From the NCBI GenBank assembly GCA_037147235.1, contig JBAWVO010000001.1, positions 1 to 58,479 on the forward strand: a stretch of 58,479 nt of DNA, written 5' to 3'. Below, in pieces: positions 27,938 to 36,800 of this stretch. How positions within the stretch are numbered: position 1 is the first letter of the stretch; each line of letters opens with the position of its first letter. The DNA comes from Planctomycetota bacterium. Its GTDB lineage: Bacteria; Planctomycetota; Planctomycetia; Pirellulales; Thermoguttaceae. The position numbers were made by a program, and so were the translations under genes. The notes beneath the pieces were generated by a model. That model did not search any database and was not told the origin of the DNA. It saw only the letters and a program-made list of their open reading frames with translations.

Positions 27938-30573
27938 TTCGATCCTTTGATAACTTTCGCGTGAAGCAGGACAGGATCCAGTAACAATGTCGGCTCGAGC
28001 CAATCGACGTGGTTGCCAATATCGAGTTCATCCCCTTTGCCGGAAGCCTCGTGGGCGTTTTCCGTAACGAGGATGAGCTGCCGGGCAGCACCTGTCCCGG
28101 GTGGCAAGGCGATTTCACCTGTCGAGACCGTCATGGCCGAGCCGACCAGCGGTTTGCTCTGATAGAGCGGCACGCCGCTCACCTGATCGGCATGGATCTT
28201 GGCGATCGCGCAGCCTGCGTTGCGGACCACCGCATCAATGCCCACGCTGGTACGGAAGGCCCGCACGCAGTCCGGCAGCGTGAAAACCATTTCGTTGGGG
28301 GCGTGAACGCCGAACCCCCATAGGAATTCCATGCCATCGCTGCGCAGGATGCCGCCCGCCACGTTGCGATCGACCTGCCACTTCCAACTGCTGCCCAGCA
28401 CTCCGCGCTGGGTGACCCGCTGCGGAGCGAATCGCGATAGTGGCACGACGTAAGACGGTGCCCGCCAAAGGAGACGCGTGCTGATCCAGGAGACGGGGAT
28501 CGGCGCGCGGCTCCAGGCTGGCTGTAACAGGTGGGCCAGCGCCACGGGATCATTGGGAGCAGCCAAGTGCGACGACCGGATCGTGGAGGCCGTCAGTACC
28601 ATTCCTTCGTTGGCCTCCACGCGAATAATTCCTGCCTTCCCCTCGGGATCGAGGATCGCCAGTTCGCGATAGTACCCATCCCAGGCGTCGTCGGTCGCCA
28701 TTCGCACTTCCGCCACTTCGCTCAGGGGGATCTGTTCGAGGCTTTCTTCGGTCAGCACACTCACCGATTCCGCGCACCAACGGATCGCGCGGAAAGAGTA
28801 GGCGCGACCATTGCGGTGGATCAGTGTCTTCGGCGGGCAAGGCCGGTCGCGCGGCGATGGCTCAAAGACGATTCGCCGCAGCCAATCGATTTCCACGGGA
28901 ATCGCAGATTGGGGAAACCCGGCCGGCATCCGGACAAGCAACTGCGCGGACACCGACGGGCCTGGCTGGGAGGTCGCGGGCACGTAGCCACAGATCGTAC
29001 CCCGCAGCCGGTCGCCGTTCTGGAATTCCAGCATGGCTTCGGCAGCGGCCGTCGACGGACGCTCGGGCACGGCTTGGCGGCGGTCGAACTGGAGGCATAC
29101 CAGCGGAGGCAATGTGGCTGGATCGGGACGCGATACCTGCCCGGAAGGCCCCGTCCATCGCCAACCCGTCAACAGGCTGCCGTCAAGTCGCAAACCGTTT
29201 TCAAAGACGGCCGTAAGGCGCGACTCGCCTCCCATTCCGCGGAGACGTTTGGCCAACGCGCAGAGTTCCTCGACCGCGTCCAATGTTGCGGCCGTCGGGC
29301 TGATAAGCACACTATCGCAATCCTTGCCGCCAGGTCCTTCGCCACGGATTACAATCTCGGCGGGCCCCGCCTTCAACTCGACCTCTCCGGCCTCGCGCCA
29401 GGTCAGGGTGGTCGCAGGACCGCGAACATGAGTGACCCGCAATTCCTTACCTTGAACAATCGTTTTCAACGCTGAACTGTTAGACACCGGGGATCGGAAG
29501 TCGTTTTCCAAGGCTCGCACCCAGATGTGATACAGGCCATTACGGGGTACGTTGATCGTGGTCTTGATTCCTTCGTCGGTCGTCTTGACGTCCGCCGTAA
29601 GGTGCTGGTCACGCAAATAGCGTCCAGGTTGTGTACGGGACCAGGTCCAGTTCCCCTCAAAGCTGTCGGCCGGCAATAGGAACGTGCCCGCGGGAAACAG
29701 CCCGTCGGTCATGTCGAGTTCATAGCGGTGGCGGAGGTAATTCAGCATTTCGCGGCGTTCGGCGGATGAGAGGCCACGATTGAAGACGATCATCTCGGCG
29801 ACTTGGCCGCAGAAGAAATCGGCTTCGCCACCCCCGAGAAAAAAGTCGCGGCTGCACTTGTCGCTTGCCAGCGGCCCGACAAATTGGTTGCGCTCCCCGC
29901 CCATCAGGTAGCTCGTACCGTCGTGGAACTCCAGCGTGCGGCGATCGCTCTCACCGTTGGAGAGGATAATGGCAAAGCGGCCTCCGGCACGACCATCGCT
30001 GGGCAATGCCAAATTGAGGTCGTACCCCCGTTCGCCGGCACTGGTCATATAAACCCCTCCCAACCCCGCCCATCCAGCATCGGGATAGTTCAGGTTCAAG
30101 GTTTCTCGCGTGTGCTGGTTCCTTCCCGTGGAGAAGAGGTGGCTGTTCCGCGGCTGCCCCTGAACGACGAGAATCATGGTCGAAGTAGGACGGTCATGCA
30201 ACACGGAACTGGAACGCGTCAGGATTTGCTCGCCACTAAAGGCCACCGTGGGCCGATTGCCTGCCGCAGGCTGCTGCTGAACGAAGAGTGGTGCCCGCCC
30301 GGGCGCAGCCGCCAGGTTGAACTTCTGCGGCGAGCGATCGTTCCACGCGGCGACCATGCCGTTAAAGCCTGGATCGGCCGGACTGCGTCCCTCCGTGTCC
30401 TTGATGCCACTATCGGCCCGCACCCAAAGCCGCAACTCCGGACAATTCGGGTCCGGTTCGCCGCTGGGAAGCATCGGGGGTGCCGCAGGGGCGAACCGAG
30501 CCGGCACCGTTGCAAACAGTAGGGCCGCAAGGATTACTAATCTTTGAGTTGGAAATGGTTTGGTCACGATCAT
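27934..30573 (-). CDS. Secreted LamG-like / central jelly-roll-like / C-terminal NPCBM-like protein (paralog A)
   Basis: 879 aa, collinear with 22560-25295 and sharing long identical runs (e.g. [49 protein letters not shown]). The C-terminus is NPCBM-like: [29 protein letters not shown]...GNHVDWLEP. Confidence 0.85.
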   Translation of the reverse strand: MIVTKPFPTQRLVILAALLFATVPARFAPAAPPMLPSGEPDPNCPELRLWVRADSGIKDTEGRSPADPGFNGMVAAWNDRSPQKFNLAAAPGRAPLFVQQQPAAGNRPTVAFSGEQILTRSSSVLHDRPTSTMILVVQGQPRNSHLFSTGRNQHTRETLNLNYPDAGWAGLGGVYMTSAGERGYDLNLALPSDGRAGGRFAIILSNGESDRRTLEFHDGTSYLMGGERNQFVGPLASDKCSRDFFLGGGEADFFCGQVAEMIVFNRGLSSAERREMLNYLRHRYELDMTDGLFPAGTFLLPADSFEGNWTWSRTQPGRYLRDQHLTADVKTTDEGIKTTINVPRNGLYHIWVRALENDFRSPVSNSSALKTIVQGKELRVTHVRGPATTLTWREAGEVELKAGPAEIVIRGEGPGGKDCDSVLISPTAATLDAVEELCALAKRLRGMGGESRLTAVFENGLRLDGSLLTGWRWTGPSGQVSRPDPATLPPLVCLQFDRRQAVPERPSTAAAEAMLEFQNGDRLRGTICGYVPATSQPGPSVSAQLLVRMPAGFPQSAIPVEIDWLRRIVFEPSPRDRPCPPKTLIHRNGRAYSFRAIRWCAESVSVLTEESLEQIPLSEVAEVRMATDDAWDGYYRELAILDPEGKAGIIRVEANEGMVLTASTIRSSHLAAPNDPVALAHLLQPAWSRAPIPVSWISTRLLWRAPSYVVPLSRFAPQRVTQRGVLGSSWKWQVDRNVAGGILRSDGMEFLWGFGVHAPNEMVFTLPDCVRAFRTSVGIDAVVRNAGCAIAKIHADQVSGVPLYQSKPLVGSAMTVSTGEIALPPGTGAARQLILVTENAHEASGKGDELDIGNHVDWLEPTLLLDPVLLHAKVIKGSK

Positions 30574-30610
30574 TGGCAGGTGGTCCTAACTACACTCAAA
30601 TACGGCAACG

Positions 30611-30640
30611 TGGCTCGGTCGGAGACCGGCCACAACAAGG
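30611..30640. repeat. Interspersed repeat family 'REP3', copy X
   Basis: tggctcggtcggagaccggccacaacaagg resembles tggctcggtcgggagacctgtcacaacaatgg at 51053-51085. Confidence 0.5.
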
Positions 30641-30718
30641 TCGGCCATAACTCCGTCAAGCAAACACACTAACCACCAACAGGTGGCGTTCAATTCACGC
30701 ACACTAAGGACTGGAGCA

Positions 30719-30807
30719 CCAATAACTGTCGTGTTTTGCATTCGCCGAGCGGGGGCAGACGGCACACGGAGTTTCTTGCGACACTTATTGATGCGCCGAT
30801 TCTAAGC
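30719..30807. mobile_element. MITE/RPE-like element, copy 2 (13-nt deletion of one hairpin arm), overlapping the giant-gene stop codon
   Basis: aataactgtcgtgttttgcattcgccgagcgggggcagacggcacacggag[13 nt missing]tttcttgcgacacttattgatgcgccgattctaagc aligns with copy 1. The TAG stop (30802-30804, minus strand) lies within the terminal repeat gcttagaatcgg. Confidence 0.65.
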
Positions 30808-33800
30808 TACCATCCGCCGCCTCCAGAGGTGTGCAACCAGCAAGCCAATGCCGGTCAACATGGCGATCAGCCCGACAACCGGCAGCATGCCGCCGCAAAG
30901 TGCTATCAATCCAGCGATGGCCAGCAGCGCGGCCCCTGCGGGACGGCGGAACCAAGCCAGGGCACCGCGGCGGATCAGCCAGGAGGCGGCCCAAATCAGC
31001 AGGCATGCCGCCGCGATGCCGGCAAGCAATCCCAGCTTGGCGAGCATGTGGTTACTGATGGTGCGGGCAGTTAGCTCGGCCTCGCCGCGCGGGGTTGTAA
31101 AGCGGTGGAGTTCATAAAGACTCTTGTCCGTGGGCAATTCAAAATCGAGGCTTGCTAGGCCTGCGGGAGCCGTGGGCGCGGCAGGTGCCGCCGTCGCATG
31201 GCCGGGATTGACCGCCCACTCCTGCTTCCGCGATTCCTCCGTCATGGTACTTCCAGAAGGGTAACCGGAGGGTGGGACAACGGGAGCTGACGCTGGGCTT
31301 GTGGACATGCCCATGCCCATGCCCATGACCGCGCCGCCTGAAGGCTGATTCGCCCTGTCGACGCTTTGTGCTTGGGGCTGATTGAGATTGTTGGCCACCG
31401 ACAACTTTTGCTGATACTCCCCCAATTCACGCTTCTGATCGTCGCGAGTACCGGAACGGCGACCGTATAGCTGTTGTCCAGGGGACTGCGCATTGGGCAT
31501 CTGCGGTTGTGCCTGCTCTTGCATCTTGCCTGCCTGTGCGCCTCCGCCACTGGCACCACCACCGCCAAAGCCGCCACGGGAGTTTGAAAAGGGATTCGCG
31601 TTGCCAAAGTTTCCCTGCCCGCCAAATTGCTCCGCGGTGTTGAGATTGATCCGACCGTTCGCCAAATTCGGATTGGCGGTTTGTAGTACCCCGCCGTTGA
31701 AGACCGTCTGGCCGCTGTACGTGTTGGCTCTGGAAAGTGTGAGGTTGCCGGCACCTTGCTTGACTAAACCGGTTTGCATGCCCGGCGGGAAATACTGCGC
31801 GTCGTCCTGTTGCGAGTACGGGCTTGTTGGTTTGCCGCCCGTGGGAGGTTCATTGGCTTGACTGGGTTGCTGAGCCACCGCCACATCGTTATTTAGGTTG
31901 TTTCGCGTAATCCAGTTTCCATTGAAGTCCGTGGAATTCTGCACGGCAAGTGCGCCTGCGTTAAGCGCGCCTGCGTTGATGGTCGTTCCGCCGCTGTAGG
32001 AATTGTTACCCGCGAGATTCAGCGAACCTTTGGCGTTGACGACATCCTGCTTTTGGTAGAGATCGTTGAGCCGCTCGCGGTTGTCGACCGTGGTTTCGTC
32101 TCCTTGCTGCTCGCCGCCGGGCGATGACTTGAGGAGATCTTTGGCCTGCTGGGCCGTGCTGGAGTTTGCGCTGAGCTGGCTTTGCAGGGCTTGGTTGCCA
32201 ACGCGGCCGGTCACATCCTGGCTCTTTTCGGCCTCGGTGACCCAGTTTTTCAGGTTCTCGGCGGCGCGGACGCGGGTGAATGGATCCTTGTCGTGAGTTG
32301 CCTCGATGAGCCGCTGTCCCTGCTTATTGAAGGCGGCCAACCGGCCAGCCTTCAGATCGGCTTCGTCGGCGGTCGGATGCATGGTTCCGTCGAAGGCGAA
32401 CCATTGGTGCGACTTGGGAACGTAAATCTCCAGTTGGCTCTGCTCGATGCCGATATTGCCCTGCCGCCCCAACTCGGACGTACGCCCCGATTTCACATTG
32501 CGAACCAGGGGGAACTGCATGCTGGACATGACCGAAAGCGGTGGCATCTTGCCGCCATACTTCAGCACGACGAGGTAGTTTAGATCCCCTTTGGCCGTCT
32601 TTCGCACCGGCAACAGCACATGGCGGGCATCCTTGGCACCCGGCACCTGGCCCGGCTTGACCGGTTCACCGGCGACATGCACGGTCCAGAGCGTCGCGCC
32701 TTCAGGGAGTTCGACATCAAGGAACTGTTCGGATGAATTATCGAGACTCAGTTCCACCTTTGCGCGATAGGCGCCGTTGGCATCGACCACGATCGTGGTC
32801 TGGGCCAGATCGATCCGTGCCCCAGACGTTTCCACTTCTTCGTGCCTTTGCAGATGGAAGCTCAACCGCGGCTGCACGGCACCGGGCTGAAGAAGATAGG
32901 CTTGGTACAAGCGTTTGGTGCCCAGCAGTTCGCTCAAAGTCTGCCACTGCTGCTGCTGCCGGCTGAGAACTTCCAACCCGTTGAGCGGCTCGACGACCAA
33001 CTCATCGCGGTTGGTGGTTTGCAACACGGCGTATTGATGCCGCACGAAGCCGGTCGTTCCGCCGGCAGCCGCTTGAAAACTAGGCAGCGGAGCCAAGTGC
33101 GAGCCGGGCGTCAGCAGCCGGTCGTTCTCGACCAGCACCCGCAGATCGTTCATTGCGTCGCCTTGCAGTTCGATCTGTACGCGCAAGGGACTGTCCGCGG
33201 CCTTGGGATCGACAGGCGCGACCGTCTTTCGCCGCAGCATGGGCGTGGAGATCCGCGCGTCGGCCATCGAGGCCGGCAACAGGAAGGAAAGCTCGTGAAT
33301 ACCTGCGTTGCGAATGTTGTAGTTGAGAAAAATCGTTTCTTCGATCGCACGATCGGTGATGCGAATGTTTGTGATCGTATCGCAGACCACCTCCGGCGTG
33401 CGCGGCACCAATCGCAGCTTGCCGGCATATCCGCCGCTTGCGTAGTGCAAGGCTAGGCGAGTGGCGGCCCGCAACTGCGGATCGAGCCAGGCGGCTACCC
33501 GCTGCAACTCGGTTTCCTGGCAGTCGCGCAGGTCGCGGGCCTGGACATTGAAGGCTGGGTCGGCCTGCACGGCAATGTAGCCCTCCTGCCGCTTGACCCC
33601 CAGCACCTCCAGTCGCGGTAATGAAATCTCTTGCTGGGCGTCCAATGCTTGGTGCGGCGGGCTAAAGCCCGCCCTACGGGCGAGCTTGCCACGCAAGATC
33701 ACCGCTGAATCGCCCAGGGCACCCTGCTGCAATTGAATTTTCAGGATGCTTCGCCCCTCACTCAAAGGAAGTGAAGGAACGCCTTTTTGCGGCTCCTGTT

Positions 33801-36800
33801 TTTCGATCGACCATATTCCGGGCGACGGAAGCGTTACTTCCGGCAGGCGGAGATCGTTGGGCAAGGCCACCTCGAAGCGATAAATTCTTCGCTGGCCGAC
33901 GTGGAAGGTAATCTTGCTCTCCAGGCTCGGCTCGGTCGGATCGAGTTTAACACTCGTCTGGGCCTCGGCAGTTACCTCGGCGACGGTGGGCGCAACACTC
34001 AGCCGGAGAACAAAGGGCGTCGTTGGAAAGTGATAAGCCTCGTAAGGCCGAATCGCCAACACGCTTTCCTCGGTCGCGGGGCCGCCGCTCAAATCGGGTA
34101 GCACCCCGAGATCGACGCGAGTCACCCCGGATCGCTCCGTGGTACGGACATCCAAGAGCGAGCTGCGACGAATCGTGAGCTGCCCGCTAGAAAGTGCAGC
34201 GTCGCGGACCGTAACCATGGGCACGGCGAACGTGTCCAGCGGTGCATGACCCACCTTGCCGCTTCGCGAAAGGAAAAGGTTGAACTGCTCGGTATCCTTG
34301 GCCGTTTTAAGCAGGCTGACTTCGATGGTTTGTTCGTTGGCCACCCGCCGAACCTCCCAGCCGCGGACGTTGCTTCCAACCACTTTCTCCACAAGGTAGT
34401 CGGCAGGCAGCGACAGCGTAAAGGCATCGCGCTGTCCGCGGCGGAATTCCAGCTTAATGTGCAAGGCCATGCGGAGGCCGTCTTCCTGGACATCCAGCAG
34501 GCTGGCAGTCTGCACGGTCAGGCCGCGATCGACCTGGGCTTCCGCCACCTTCGGACGCCACTGCAATTGCAGCGCCCCGCCAGGCCCGAGTGCCGTCTCC
34601 AGGTTTTCGTCGGGCCGCTGCGTATCATGGATGCGGCGATCGATGGCCTGGCCCAAGCGAACCTCGGTCTGAGGTTGGGGCACTCGGAAAGTGACCATCG
34701 CGGCTGGGGCCGTGGGGAGCGATCCGCTGGTGCCACGCCATCCGCCGACATGCCCCAGCTTGAGGCGGACTTCCAGCTCTAGTTTGTGGGTTCCCTTGCC
34801 GGAAACTTGCAGCACCAGAAGCGTTGCATCCATCGCCGCAGCCTTGCCTCCCTTACTCGGTTTGGCAGACTCAGAGGCGGCAGCGACGACCTTCAGTCGG
34901 GCCGGCTTGCCGTCCAGATCGGCTCGGGCCAACACGCCGCCGCGCAGACCGAGGGGAATGGAGATGTAGCCCTCGGCCAGTACGTTGATTTGCATCTGCC
35001 CGGTAAGGTTCAGCGTTTCCTCGCCTTCGAGCACCGCGCTGTAGGCCACGCCCGACAGGGTGTAGGGCAGAGGAGCCGGATGGGCATCGATCTTCTTGTC
35101 GGGATAGGCCTGGTTCCAAAGCTCGACGTAGCGATCGTAGGGAACCATGAGATGATCCGCGTCTTGGAGGCCCGTCTTCGATTTCACGTCGTAGGGCACG
35201 ATGATCGCATCGCTGGGCACGGCAACCGGCGGCTCCAGGGCCGCGGGTTGCGGCTGGGCCTGAGCGGTTGCCGAGAGCAACAGGGTCAGGGCCAGAACGA
35301 GTGCCGTTGTGACCGCAGTCGGGCTACCGATCCGGCCCGCGAGGCCACGGAGACCTTGGAGGAACCAGCGAACAAGACCCGCAGCCAAGTAATACGGCAC
35401 CAGCAGGCTAGCGGCGTAGAAGACCCCGTTGCAGAGATTCGCCATGCTCACGGTGTCCCAAGCTAACGGTATCAGCGCGGCGGCCAGCGCAAGGCCGAGC
35501 ACCAACGCCGCCTTCTGCCGCACGGGTCGCCTGGTCAGGGCCACGCCCAGCACGAACACGGCCAAGGCCACACCCCAGACCAGGGCCTCGGTACGAGTGC
35601 GGCGGGCCAGCGTAATACCGATTTGCGGATTGGCCCCCAGGCTGCTAAAACTGAGGAGTTGCTCGTCCATCCCGGATTGTTCCACGTCGATCTTCAGACT
35701 GCGAACGCCGAGAAACTTGTCTTGTTTGTAGGTCGGTTTGGAAATCGAGTAGCTGGACTCGCCCCAGCCGCCCTGGGGCACTTTGCCTGACTCGGGCTTC
35801 GCATCGGGTGGCGGAATAATGCTGACCACGTCAGGAGTTGCGGGATACGCCGCAGGCGCGGGTATGAAAGCGTCGTTCCCGAAAGGATCGTCCCTGTCGG
35901 CAGCAGGTCCGCGAGGCGCCGCGGGTGCAGGAGACGCTTCAGTTGCGGGCGGCGGCGGTGCGGATATGTCCGCTTTAGGGGCCTCGTCAAGAGTCGGTGC
36001 TTGAGGCAGATGTAATACCTTTTCCTTGTCAACATTTGGCGGAGGAATGTCCCGGACCGCGTCTTTCTTTTCCTCTCCGTCGCGTCCTTCGGGTTTACCG
36101 CCTTCGCCATTCTGGGCAGCCGCCTTTTCCTCATCTGCCTCCCCTCGATAGAACCCTGGCTTGCGGTGTGACACGTCAGGCTTGGGAGTCGCGACTGTAG
36201 TCGATGCCATTCCGAACTGGCGGAGCTCATTCTTACAACTCGCCGACTTCGCTTCCCCTCCCATCATCACGAATGAGGACGAATGAACCCCACCACCCAG
36301 CACATAGAGCGCACCCGCCACCGCCATCGGAGCGGGCATAGGCCGCTTGATCTGCTTGGCCTCCAAAGTACCGTCGGTGGCCACGACATCGTAGCCGTCA
36401 GGCACCGTGACCGTCCACTCGATATTTACCAGGGGAATCTCGGTCGATTGCTTCGCTGCCTGGCTGGTGCGGTAGAGCAACCGCGGTGCGGTGAGGTTCA
36501 ACCGCCCGCCGTTGGTCACGGCTTGCACAGGCACTTCATAGACGAGTTGCAAACTCCGCGCCGCGCCGGTCGAGCCGGGCGGAAGGCCGATCAGACGAAT
36601 CCCGCCTCGCTTCTGCGGCTTCAGCGGCGCACCGTCCAGTACGGCCGACCAGAGCGACGCCTTTTCCGGCAATTCGACTTCCAGATAGGGGGCCTTGGTG
36701 CGAAGTTGGAATGTGGCCTGGGTCTGGCTCGTGCCATCCGCCGAGAGCAGGGTCGTGAGCTTGGCTTGCTGGACAATCGCCGGCGTTAGCGCGTAACTTG

